Positions 9,910 through 18,427 are shown, counted from the first letter of the stretch. The stretch: 64,000 nucleotides of DNA from Ruminococcus sp. (GCA_017478965.1 JAFVCV010000038.1:23977-87976), one strand, 5' to 3'. Made by a program: numbers and translations. The notes: generated by a model not told the origin, from the sequence alone.

Positions 9910-11393
9910 TGGGGAGAGCAAAGGCTGTAATGCTGCAGGGGACCATGTCCAACGTGGGGAAGAGCTTTCTGACGGCGGCCCTATGCAGGATATTCACAGA
10001 GGAGGGCTACAGGACGGCCCCTTTCAAGTCACAGAATATGGCGCTCAATTCCTACATAACCGCCGACGGCAGCGAGATAGGCCGGGCGCAGGCTGTGCAG
10101 GCCATGGCGGCGGGCATAGAGCCAAGTGCGCTCATGAACCCGGTGCTTTTGAAGCCCACCACCGATGTTGGCTCCCAGGTCATAGTAAACGGAAGAGTCA
10201 GGGGGAACATGAGGGCGAGAGATTATTTCGCCCGCAAGAAAGAGCTTATACCGGAGATAATGGGGGCTTATGAAAGGCTTTCGGAGGAGTATGACCTGAT
10301 CGTTATCGAGGGGGCTGGCAGCCCTGCGGAGCTGAACCTCAAAAAGGACGACATAGTGAACATGGGCCTTGCAAAGCTGGTGAAAGCGCCGGTGGTACTG
10401 GTAGGGGACATCGACCGGGGGGGCGTTTTTGCGCAGCTCTTAGGGACCCTGGACCTGCTGGAGGAGGACGAGCGGCAGCTGGTGAAGGGTCTTATCGTCA
10501 ACGGTTTCCGTGGGGACCGGCGGCTTTTTGAGGACGGTGTGAGGATACTGGAAGAGCGGGGCGGCAGGCCTGTGCTGGGGGTGGTGCCTTACATTGAATG
10601 TGACATCGAGGACGAGGACAGCTTAGCCGGGAGACTTCAGAAGGAAGGCCCCTTCCGTGGGGAGGGAGACATCGACATAGCGGTCATAAGGCTGCCTAGG
10701 ATCTCCAATTTCACTGACCTGGACGTTTTCGGCCAGTATGATGGGGTGTCGGTCAGATATGTGAGAAAGGCCGAGGACCTGGGACGGCCGGACCTTTTGA
10801 TAATACCGGGGACCAAGAGCACCGCAGCGGACATGGAGTGGCTCAGAGAAAGCGGCATGGAAAGGGCGGTACTTGACTGCGCCGGCGAGGGCGTGCCGGT
10901 GTTCGGCATATGCGGAGGGTATCAGATGATGGGCCTTAGCATAAGCGACCCGGAGAACGCCGAGGGCGGCGCAGAGATAAATGGTATGGGTCTTCTGAAC
11001 AGCAGGACAGTGTTTGAGAGAGAAAAGCGGCAGGTAAGGACCGCCGGGAAGTTTTTGAGCCCCGGAGGCTTTTTCGGCTGTCTGGCCGGGGCGGACTTTT
11101 ACGGCTATGAGATACACATGGGAAGGACCGCCGACGAGGGCCAGCCTCTTACTGACGCCGGAGGCAGCTGGCAGGGGAATGCGGCAGGGTGCTACATACA
11201 CGGCATCTTTGACAGCGCCGACGTTTCGGGCAGGCTGGTAAGGGCGCTTTACGAACGCAGGGGCATAAGATCTCACGGCAGGGCGGTGAGTATGGACAGC
11301 TACCGGCAGGAGCAGTTTGACCTTATGGCCGCAGGAGTGAGAGAGGCGCTCGACATAAAAAAGATAGAAGAAATATTCCTGAGAGGAGTCTGA
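9909..11393 (+). CDS. cobQ: Cobyric acid synthase CobQ/CbiP
   Basis: Its N-terminus is MLQGTMSNVGKS. EGAGSPAE and a C-terminal GATase domain (GICGGYQMMG, YEIHMG) are present. The start overlaps the cobD stop by 1 nt. Confidence 0.92.
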   Translation: MGRAKAVMLQGTMSNVGKSFLTAALCRIFTEEGYRTAPFKSQNMALNSYITADGSEIGRAQAVQAMAAGIEPSALMNPVLLKPTTDVGSQVIVNGRVRGNMRARDYFARKKELIPEIMGAYERLSEEYDLIVIEGAGSPAELNLKKDDIVNMGLAKLVKAPVVLVGDIDRGGVFAQLLGTLDLLEEDERQLVKGLIVNGFRGDRRLFEDGVRILEERGGRPVLGVVPYIECDIEDEDSLAGRLQKEGPFRGEGDIDIAVIRLPRISNFTDLDVFGQYDGVSVRYVRKAEDLGRPDLLIIPGTKSTAADMEWLRESGMERAVLDCAGEGVPVFGICGGYQMMGLSISDPENAEGGAEINGMGLLNSRTVFEREKRQVRTAGKFLSPGGFFGCLAGADFYGYEIHMGRTADEGQPLTDAGGSWQGNAAGCYIHGIFDSADVSGRLVRALYERRGIRSHGRAVSMDSYRQEQFDLMAAGVREALDIKKIEEIFLRGV

Positions 11394-11396
11394 AAG

Positions 11397-12035
11397 ATGG
11401 AGTTTGTCAGGCCTGAGGACATCGAGAAGAGGAGCTTTGAGATAATAAGGGAGGAGCTTGGGGACCGGGTCCTGCCTGAGGGGACAGAGAGCGTCATAAT
11501 GCGGTGTATACACGCCACAGCGGACTTTGACTACGCTGAGAATATGTATTTTTCACCCGGGGCCATGGAAAGGGCCGGGGAGCTCATCAGGGCCGGAGCC
11601 GCAATAGTGACGGACACGAACATGGCCAAGGCCGGGGTGAACAAAAGGATCACGGAAAAATTCGGTTGTTCATGTCTGTGCTTTATGGCTGACAGGGACG
11701 TGGCAGAGACTGCGAAAAAACGGGGCGTCACCAGGGCGGCAGTGTCGGCGGAAAAGGCAGCTGAGATCACGGGACCGCTCATCTATGCGGTTGGGAACGC
11801 ACCTACGGCCCTCATCAGGATATGCGAGCTGATAAGGAGCGGAGAGCTGGAGCCGGGGCTTGTCATCGGGGCGCCGGTGGGCTTTGTGAACGTTATACAG
11901 TCCAAGGAGCTGCTCATCGAAACGGCACGGATATCCGGCACAGAGTGTATAGTCCCCAGAGGAAGAAAGGGCGGGAGCACGGTGGCGGCGGCCATTCTCA
12001 ACGCTCTGCTGATGGAGGCCGAAGGGGATATGTAA
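11397..12035 (+). CDS. cbiC: Cobalt-precorrin-8 methylmutase CbiC
   Basis: Motifs RCIHATADFD, VTDTNM, AVGNAPTAL and GAPVGFV are present. It is the last gene of the biosynthetic operon. Confidence 0.9.
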   Translation: MEFVRPEDIEKRSFEIIREELGDRVLPEGTESVIMRCIHATADFDYAENMYFSPGAMERAGELIRAGAAIVTDTNMAKAGVNKRITEKFGCSCLCFMADRDVAETAKKRGVTRAAVSAEKAAEITGPLIYAVGNAPTALIRICELIRSGELEPGLVIGAPVGFVNVIQSKELLIETARISGTECIVPRGRKGGSTVAAAILNALLMEAEGDM

Positions 12036-12065
12036 AAAAATTCATGCCCTTTGCTATAATTATAC

Positions 12066-12094
12066 TTGAAAAATATGTCGGGCTGTGTTATAAT
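12066..12094 (+). promoter_or_regulatory. Sigma-A type promoter for the riboswitch-controlled uptake operon
   Basis: TTGAAA (12066-12071), a 17-nt spacer, then TATAAT (12089-12094) preceded by TGt (extended -10). Confidence 0.5.
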
Positions 12095-12224
12095 TACATA
12101 GTTAACAGGACAAGACGTTCATGAACGCTCTGCCCCCTTCGGGGCAGAAAACAATCGAATATGCGGCAAGGGGCGGGACGGCCGCCCTTTGCCGGAAGGC
12201 GGACGGTGCCTTCGATCACGGCTG

Positions 12225-12440
12225 CCGGTGCAGGCGGTCCGTGAGGCCGAAGGGTAAAAGGGAAACAGGTGAAAGGCCTGTACGATCTCGTCACTGTGTT
12301 TGCGAAGCACCGGGCTGAAGCTCTGAGGGATATATCCTTAGGGGCGCCACTGGGGTCCTGTATCCTGGGAAGGTAAGTTCTGGGTGCGCAGTGCTTTTGA
12401 AAGCGCTATAGGCATAAGTCAGGAAACCTGCCGTTTTTGC
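12225..12440 (+). promoter_or_regulatory. Cobalamin (B12) riboswitch aptamer
   Basis: Conserved blocks were read directly: AAAAGGGAAACAGGTGAAAGGCC (12256-12278), CACTGT (12292-12297), GCCACTGG (12346-12353), GGGAAGG (12367-12373), and the B12 box AAGTCAGGAAACCTGCC (12416-12432). It lies upstream of corrinoid uptake genes. Confidence 0.85.
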
Positions 12441-12556
12441 CGGTACAGCGGCGCTCTGGCCAGAAAACGGTCAGACAGCCGCAGGTCACGAGGTATTGAT
12501 CGTACTGCAAAATAAGGCTCCGGGAAAGTTTATATCCCGTGGGTCCTGGTTTGTTG

Positions 12557-12597
12557 TGCCTTCTTTTCCTTGCGGGAATGAGGGCATTTTGTTTCTC
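12557..12597 (+). terminator. Possible riboswitch expression-platform terminator (attenuator)
   Basis: An imperfect hairpin pairs TGCCTTCTTTTCC with GGAATGAGGGCA and is followed by TTTTGTTTCTCT. It lies between the aptamer and the first gene. Confidence 0.45.
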
Positions 12598-12638
12598 TAC
12601 GATCCCATACCCCTTTTCAGGAAAGGAATGGATCAAAA

Positions 12639-13730
12639 ATGTTAAATTCAAAAAGGATAGCCGCACTTCTTCTGAGCCTTTGCATGGCGGCGTCTATGGC
12701 TGCCTGCGGGGACACTTCCGGGGACAGCAGCGCTGCGACCACCACAGAGAAGGCCGGAGAAACAGTGAGCGCAGAGGAGAGCGCCGCAGAGGAAAGCTCT
12801 GAGGAGCCTGCCCAAAGCGCCGATGAAGACTCTGAGGAAGAGTCTGAGAGCGGACAGGAGGAAGAAGAAGTGGACGAGGAAGAAAACTACGACACAGGGG
12901 ACGCATCTCTTGACAAGGTCCGCAACGAGGACGGCATAGGCGAGAAAGAGCTTCTGGTGGTGAGCTTCGGCACCAGCTTCAACGACAGCAGAAGGCTGAC
13001 CATAGGGGCCATCGAGGACGCTCTGGAGGGAGCCTTCCCTGAATACTCAGTAAGAAGGGGCTTTACTGCCAACATCATCATCGACCACGTCAACAGGCGT
13101 GACGGCATACTGATAGACGATGTGGACGTAGCTCTTGACAGAGCAGTTGACAACGGGGTGAAGACTCTGGTGGTACAGCCCACCCACCTTATGCACGGGC
13201 TGGAGTATAACGACCTGGTGGCCCAGGTAGGCGAATATGCCGACGGCTTCGACAAGGTGGTCTTCGGTGAACCTCTGCTTTCCAGCGATGAGGATTTCAA
13301 GCGTGTGGAAGAGGCCATAGTAAACTGGACCGCTGATTACAACGACGGAAAGACCGCTATCTGCTTTATGGGCCACGGCACCGAGGCCGAGTCCAACGAG
13401 GTCTATGCGAAGATGCAGGACCTGCTGACGGAGGACGGATATGATAACTATTTTGTCGGCACTGTAGAGGCGGAGCCTTCGGTGGACGACGTGCTGGCAC
13501 TGGTACAGGCCGGGGACTATGAAAGAGTGATACTTGAACCTCTGATGGTAGTTGCCGGGGACCACGCCAACAATGACATGGCCGGCGATGAGGAGGATTC
13601 CTGGAAGTCGGTCTTTGAGAGCGCAGGCTATAAGGTAGAGTGCCTGCTGAGAGGGCTTGGCGAGAACGAGGACATAAGGCAGATCTACATCGACCACGCA
13701 AAGGCCGCTGTAGACAGCGCAGAGGGCTAA
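12639..13730 (+). CDS. Exported CbiK-like (class II chelatase fold) lipoprotein with an acidic linker
   Basis: The signal peptide with lipobox (LSLCMAASMAAC) is followed by a D/E/S-rich linker. A full CbiK-type domain follows (LLVVSFGTSFNDSRR, VQPTHLMHG, FMGHGTE, VVAGDHANNDMAG). Confidence 0.8.
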   Translation: MLNSKRIAALLLSLCMAASMAACGDTSGDSSAATTTEKAGETVSAEESAAEESSEEPAQSADEDSEEESESGQEEEEVDEEENYDTGDASLDKVRNEDGIGEKELLVVSFGTSFNDSRRLTIGAIEDALEGAFPEYSVRRGFTANIIIDHVNRRDGILIDDVDVALDRAVDNGVKTLVVQPTHLMHGLEYNDLVAQVGEYADGFDKVVFGEPLLSSDEDFKRVEEAIVNWTADYNDGKTAICFMGHGTEAESNEVYAKMQDLLTEDGYDNYFVGTVEAEPSVDDVLALVQAGDYERVILEPLMVVAGDHANNDMAGDEEDSWKSVFESAGYKVECLLRGLGENEDIRQIYIDHAKAAVDSAEG

Positions 13731-13815
13731 GGACCAGGCAAACGGTATATCATTCCCCCCGGACAAAAACGGGGGGAAATGTATATCCGGCAAAAACGAA
13801 AAGGGAGTGCTTTGA

Positions 13816-14790
13816 ATGAAGATAAATAAGCTCAGTGTCCTTATGGCCGCAGCGCTGCTTTGCGGAGCCATGGCCGCCTGCGGACAGACCGGGGACGGCT
13901 CCGGGAGCAGCGGGGAAGTCTCGCATAGTGAGGTGAATGCCGAAGAAAAGGTATCGGAGAATGAAGAGGAGAGCGCCGCAGTAACTGAGGAGCCGAAGGA
14001 TGAGGACGAGCCTGGGGAGAGCCTTGCCACAGCACCGGTGGAGGAGGTAGGCTTTGAGGGCATGGAGGCCGTGGAGGGCGACAAGCTCAATGACGGGACC
14101 TATGAGATAAATGCAGAGTCAAGCTCCTCCATGTTCAGGATAGAACGGTGTCTGCTGACTGTCAGCGGCGGAGATCTGAGCGCAGAGCTTTTCATGAGCG
14201 GCAAGGGCTACAGATATCTTTTCATGGGGACCTCGGAGGAGGCGCAGGCCGCCGGAGAGGATAGTTTCATTGGTTTTGAGGAGAAGGATGGGACCCACAC
14301 ATTCACGGTGCCGGTGGAGGCCCTTGACAGCGAGATCGACTGTGCGGCCTTCAGTGACCGCAAGGAGGCCTGGTATGACAGGACCCTGGTGTTCAGGGCT
14401 GACAGTCTGCCGGGGGAGGCTTTCAAGGAGGGCCGGGGACAGAGCGCCGGGGACCTTGGTCTAGCTGACGGGACGTATTCTGTAGGGGTCACTCTGGAGG
14501 GCGGCTCGGGAAAGGCCAGCGTAATGTCGCCCGCAAGGCTCACGGTAAGCGGCGGCGAGGTGAGCGCAAGGCTTGTCTGGAGCAGCGACAAGTATGATTA
14601 TATGATAGTTGACGGCGAGAGGTATGATGCGGTCATAGAAGACGGAGCTTCCTGCTTTGAGGTGCCGGTAAAGGCCTTCGGGACCCCGCTGACGGTCCTG
14701 GCGGACACCACGGCCATGAGCGTTCCCCACGAGATAGAGTACAGGCTGACCTTTGACCCGGACAGCATCGAGCAGGCCGGGGAACAGTGA
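13816..14790 (+). CDS. Lipoprotein of unknown function with an internal two-domain duplication
   Basis: It has a signal peptide with lipobox (LLCGAMAAC) and an acidic linker. Two related modules begin DGTYEINAESS...LLTVSGGDLSAELF and DGTYSVGVTLE...RLTVSGGEVSARLV. Confidence 0.7.
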   Translation: MKINKLSVLMAAALLCGAMAACGQTGDGSGSSGEVSHSEVNAEEKVSENEEESAAVTEEPKDEDEPGESLATAPVEEVGFEGMEAVEGDKLNDGTYEINAESSSSMFRIERCLLTVSGGDLSAELFMSGKGYRYLFMGTSEEAQAAGEDSFIGFEEKDGTHTFTVPVEALDSEIDCAAFSDRKEAWYDRTLVFRADSLPGEAFKEGRGQSAGDLGLADGTYSVGVTLEGGSGKASVMSPARLTVSGGEVSARLVWSSDKYDYMIVDGERYDAVIEDGASCFEVPVKAFGTPLTVLADTTAMSVPHEIEYRLTFDPDSIEQAGEQ

Positions 14791-14792
14791 TA

Positions 14793-15944
14793 ATGAGAGC
14801 GGGCAGGAAACTGAGGACCTTTGCGGTCTGCCTTGGAGCGGCGGTCATTCTGGCCGGGTGCGTGGGCAAAGGGAAGGCGGTCGGCGAAGAGAGCGACGGG
14901 CCTGAGGGGCTGCGGGTCGTCTCTGAAATGCAGCTTGAATACGCCCACGAATTCAGCGTCAGCTTATGCGAGGGGGGCTATGCCCTTATAGATATCGGTG
15001 AGGACGGGTTTCTCCTGGTGCCGGAGGGTGCGAAGGTCCCGGCAGATACTGAGGGGCGCACGGTCCTTGAACAGCCCATAGAGAATATCTACATGGCGGC
15101 ATCCTCGGCCATGGACCTCTTTGACAGCATAGGGAGCTTAGACCGGGTGAAGATGTCTGCCTATGAGGAGGACCGCTGGTCCTTGGAAAACGTCCGTCAG
15201 GCCATGGAGCGGGGCGAGATGGGTTATGCCGGGAAGTACAGTGCGCCGGACTATGAGCTGCTCGCTGCGCAGGAATGTGACCTGGCTGTGGAGTCTACCA
15301 TGATCTTTCACAGTCCCAGGGTCAAGGAAAAGCTTGAACAGCTGGGGATACCCGTGCTGGTGGAAAGGTCAAGCTACGAGAGCCACCCTCTGGGGAGAAT
15401 GGAGTGGATAAAGCTCTACGGACTTCTGATGGGGGACTATCCCGGAGCGGAGAAACGTTTTGAAGAGCTTACGAAGGGGCTGGAGGACCTGAAAGGGGAG
15501 AACTCCGGCGACGGTCCCAAGGCGGCATTTTTCAGTCTCAGCACCGGGGGCTGGGTGACTGTACACAAGCCGGGGAACTACTTTTCGAGAATGATAGAGC
15601 TGGCGGGAGGACGGTATCTGTTCACGCCGGAGGACCTGAACGTGGAGGAGAACGCACTTTCCACCATGAAGATACAGTTGGAGAGCTTTTATGAAAAGGC
15701 CGCAGAGGCCGATGTGCTCATATATAACAGCACCATCGTGGGGGAGCTCGGCAGCCTTGAGGAGCTGCTGGAAAAATGCCCGGTGCTGTCGGACCTGAGG
15801 GCTGTCAGGGAGGGCAGGGTCTGGTGCATAAGCGAGGATATGTTCCAGCACACCACGGCTGCGGCGGAAATGATAAGAGAGCTGAGTGCGGTGTTTGACG
15901 GCACGGCTCAGGACGAGATGGGATATCTTTACAGATTGAGATGA
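14793..15944 (+). CDS. BtuF/FecB-type (cluster A) ABC substrate-binding lipoprotein
   Basis: It has the lipobox ILAGC. The periplasmic-binding-protein pattern includes PDYELLAAQECDL, PVLVERS and WIKLYG. The start may be GTG 14787 (overlapping the previous stop) or ATG 14793. Confidence 0.8.
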   Translation: MRAGRKLRTFAVCLGAAVILAGCVGKGKAVGEESDGPEGLRVVSEMQLEYAHEFSVSLCEGGYALIDIGEDGFLLVPEGAKVPADTEGRTVLEQPIENIYMAASSAMDLFDSIGSLDRVKMSAYEEDRWSLENVRQAMERGEMGYAGKYSAPDYELLAAQECDLAVESTMIFHSPRVKEKLEQLGIPVLVERSSYESHPLGRMEWIKLYGLLMGDYPGAEKRFEELTKGLEDLKGENSGDGPKAAFFSLSTGGWVTVHKPGNYFSRMIELAGGRYLFTPEDLNVEENALSTMKIQLESFYEKAAEADVLIYNSTIVGELGSLEELLEKCPVLSDLRAVREGRVWCISEDMFQHTTAAAEMIRELSAVFDGTAQDEMGYLYRLR

Positions 15945-15959
15945 GCGGGGTGAGGACCG

Positions 15960-16994
15960 GTGGAAAAGACGGCAGGCGGCGGGAAGACAAGATATATTTT
16001 CGGCTTCGGCCTGCTGTCGGTGCTGGCCCTGGCCTTTTTTTGCCTCAACATCTGCCTTGGCAGCAGCGATATGTCCCCCGCAGAAGCCATAGGCTCCCTT
16101 TTTGGCGGAGGGACAGAAAGCGGCAGGAGGATAATTTTCAGCATAAGACTGCCAAGGACCTTAGCGGCGATGCTATTAGGGGGAGCGCTTTCGGTATCGG
16201 GACTGCTTTTGCAGAGCTTTTTCTCAAACCCCATAGCTGGACCCTTCGTACTTGGCATATCCTCAGGGGCAAAGCTGACGGTGGCGGCTGCCATGATATT
16301 CGCCCTTGAACACGGGGCGGCCCTGGGATCCCTTCCCATGACGGCGGCGGCTCTGGCCGGGGCCCTTGGGGCGGTGGGGGTCATAATGCTCATGTCGGGG
16401 CGGGTAAGGTCCATGGCACAGCTCATAGTGGCCGGGGTCATGGTGGGGTATATTTGCAGCGCACTGACGGAGCTTATGGTGACCTTTGCGGACGACGCCA
16501 ACATCGTGGACCTTCACAGCTGGTCCATGGGCAGTTTTTCCGGCATCAGCATGAGGGACGTGGGTTTTATAGCGGCGGCGGCGGTGCCGGCATTTATAGG
16601 GGCTTTCATGCTCTCGAAACCCATGAGTGCCTACCGGCTGGGGGAGAGCTACGCTAGGAGCGCCGGGGTGGACATCAGGGCATTCCGGACGGCGCTGGTG
16701 ATCCTTTCCAGCATACTCTCGGCCTGCGTCACGGCCTTTGCCGGGCCTGTGTCTTTCGTGGGGGTGGCAGTGCCGCACCTTATGAAGGCGCTTTTCGGCA
16801 CTTCTAAGCCCATAGTCATCATACCTGCATCACTTATCGGCGGCGGAGTCTTCTGCATGGGGTGCGACCTGGCGGCAAGGCTGATGTTTGCTCCGGTGGA
16901 GCTGAGCGTCAGCACGGTTACGGCTGTGCTGGGAGCGCCGGTGGTCATCGGGGTCATGCTTGAGAGAAGGGGGCGGAAAAATGATGGGCAGTGA
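15960..16994 (+). CDS. FecCD/BtuC-family ABC permease
   Basis: This multi-pass membrane protein carries RLPRTLAAMLLGGALSVSGLLLQ and FVGVAVPHL motifs typical of FecCD permeases. It starts with GTG. Confidence 0.88.
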   Translation: MEKTAGGGKTRYIFGFGLLSVLALAFFCLNICLGSSDMSPAEAIGSLFGGGTESGRRIIFSIRLPRTLAAMLLGGALSVSGLLLQSFFSNPIAGPFVLGISSGAKLTVAAAMIFALEHGAALGSLPMTAAALAGALGAVGVIMLMSGRVRSMAQLIVAGVMVGYICSALTELMVTFADDANIVDLHSWSMGSFSGISMRDVGFIAAAAVPAFIGAFMLSKPMSAYRLGESYARSAGVDIRAFRTALVILSSILSACVTAFAGPVSFVGVAVPHLMKALFGTSKPIVIIPASLIGGGVFCMGCDLAARLMFAPVELSVSTVTAVLGAPVVIGVMLERRGRKNDGQ

Positions 16995-18078
16995 ACCTGT
17001 CCTCGTGGCAGGGGGACTTGCCGGGGGGTACGGAAAAAAGCTGGTCTTTGAGGGCATGGAGCTGGAGGTAAGGGCCAAAGAGGTGCTGACCCTAATGGGT
17101 CCTAACGGTGCGGGGAAGTCCACGGTATTAAAGACTCTTGCCGGCCAGCTCAAAAGCTTCGGGGGACGGGTGGTCCTCTGCGGGCGGGATATGCAGGAAC
17201 AGAGCCGGGGAGAGAGAGCCGCCAAGGCGGCGGTGCTGCTGACAGGGCGGGTGGACACGGAAAGGATGACCTGCTTTGAAACTGCTGCGGCGGGCCGATA
17301 CCCCTACACCGGGCGGCTGGGGATACTGAGGGAGCAGGACGTAAGGGCGGTAAGAGACGCCATGGAGCTTACCGGGACCTGGGAACTGAGAGACAGGGAG
17401 CTTGGGGCGGTCAGCGACGGACAGCGGCAGCTGGTCATGACCGCAAGGGCAATAGCGCAGGAGCCGGAGATAATGCTGCTCGACGAGCCGACCTCATACC
17501 TTGACATCGACAGAAAGCTGCGGGTCCTGAGAATGCTGAGGGAATATGCGAATTCACACGGTACGGCGGTGGTGATGACCCTGCATGAGCTTGACCTTGC
17601 GCAGAGGTTCTCGGACAGGGTGCTCTGCATAAAGGAGGGCCGTCCCTTTATGACCGGGACGCCGGCGGAGGTCTTCCGTCCGGGGAATATCGAGGAGCTT
17701 TACGGTATGAGCGCCGGGGCCTATGACTGCCTTCACGGCACGGCGGAGCTTCTGAGGACCGGCCGGGAGCCGGAGGCCTTTGTCATCGGCGGCGGAGGAA
17801 TGGGCATGGAGGTCTACCGTGACCTGCAGCGCCGGGGGATACCCTTTGCGGCAGGGGTGATACATGAGAACGATACGGAGTATTTCACAGCCCTGACCTC
17901 GGCGGAGGAGGTCATAAGCGAGCGTGCCTTCGAGCCGGTGGGTGAGAAGGCCTACGGAAGGGCACGCCAGGTCATGAGGGACATTATGGCGAGGGGCGGC
18001 AGGGTGATATGCTGCTGTGAGAACTTCGGGACCATGAACAGGCTCAATCTGAAACTGAAGGAGGAGGCGGGACTTTGA
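16981..18078 (+). CDS. BtuD/FecE-type ABC ATPase with an extra C-terminal domain of roughly 100 aa
   Basis: Walker A GPNGAGKST, signature VSDGQRQ and Walker B MLLDEPTSYLD are present. The sequence continues well past the normal end of the ABC domain (GREPEAFVIGGGGMGMEVY...CCCENFG). Confidence 0.85.
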   Translation: MMGSEPVLVAGGLAGGYGKKLVFEGMELEVRAKEVLTLMGPNGAGKSTVLKTLAGQLKSFGGRVVLCGRDMQEQSRGERAAKAAVLLTGRVDTERMTCFETAAAGRYPYTGRLGILREQDVRAVRDAMELTGTWELRDRELGAVSDGQRQLVMTARAIAQEPEIMLLDEPTSYLDIDRKLRVLRMLREYANSHGTAVVMTLHELDLAQRFSDRVLCIKEGRPFMTGTPAEVFRPGNIEELYGMSAGAYDCLHGTAELLRTGREPEAFVIGGGGMGMEVYRDLQRRGIPFAAGVIHENDTEYFTALTSAEEVISERAFEPVGEKAYGRARQVMRDIMARGGRVICCCENFGTMNRLNLKLKEEAGL

Positions 18079-18382
18079 CGGACATACTTATGGTGGAGGA
18101 CAGCAGCGATATCGCCATGCTGCTGTGCGATTTCCTGAGGGCCAAGAGCTATACGGTCAGCGAGGCGGGTACCGGCGAGAGGGCCTTAGAGCTTTTGAGC
18201 GCTACGGCGCAAAGCTTATCCTTTTTGACCCCTTCCTGCGGGGCAGCAACAGCAAAGGCAAGAGCGGCAGCGGTCTGGGGCTTTATATCTGCCGGGAACT
18301 GATGCTCGCCCAGGAGGGCGATATCTTTGCCGCCATAGCCGAGGGCGAGATGAGAGTCACTGCTGTGTTCAGGATGGTCTGA
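18075..18382 (+). pseudogene. Remnant of a response regulator / histidine kinase pair (deletion fusion plus frameshift)
   Basis: The frame starting at 18075 gives a receiver N-terminus, MTDILMVEDSSDIAMLLCDFLRAKSYTVSEAGTGERALEL. The receiver continues in the +1 frame as FERYGAKLILFD, so a 1-nt loss in the T-run at 18193-18196 is likely. It then runs directly into the extreme C-terminus of an HK ATPase domain (RGSNSKGKSGSGLGLYICRELM...RVTAVF). Confidence 0.7.
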
Positions 18383-18388
18383 GGGCCT

Positions 18389-18427
18389 GCCTGTTCCCAT
18401 ACCGTGAGGTGGGAACAGGCTTTTTTT
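18389..18427 (+). terminator. Rho-independent terminator ending the uptake operon
   Basis: GCCTGTTCCCA (18389-18399) pairs with TGGGAACAGGC (18410-18420) and is followed by TTTTTTT. Confidence 0.85.

Noticed and set aside
12094-12318. Small ORFs on both strands (12094-12294, 12119-12310, 12121-12318) in the cbiC-cbiK intergenic region.
   Set aside because: They overlap the cobalamin riboswitch and its leader hairpins. Their open frames are explained by GC-rich structured RNA.
13047-14090. Long antisense ORFs. Examples are 13047-14090(-), 10623-11513(-), 2409-3242(-), 7925-8680(-), 20881-21603(-), 26317-27174(-), 27378-28208(-), 28862-29770(-), 45155-45877(-), 47473-48258(-), 51522-52418(+), 53862-55031(+) and 62624-63457(-).
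   Set aside because: Each lies opposite a gene with strong family motifs. Their translations are low-complexity (R/P/H/G-rich or L/V/H-rich) with no recognisable motifs or RBS. Such shadow ORFs are expected in GC-rich coding DNA.
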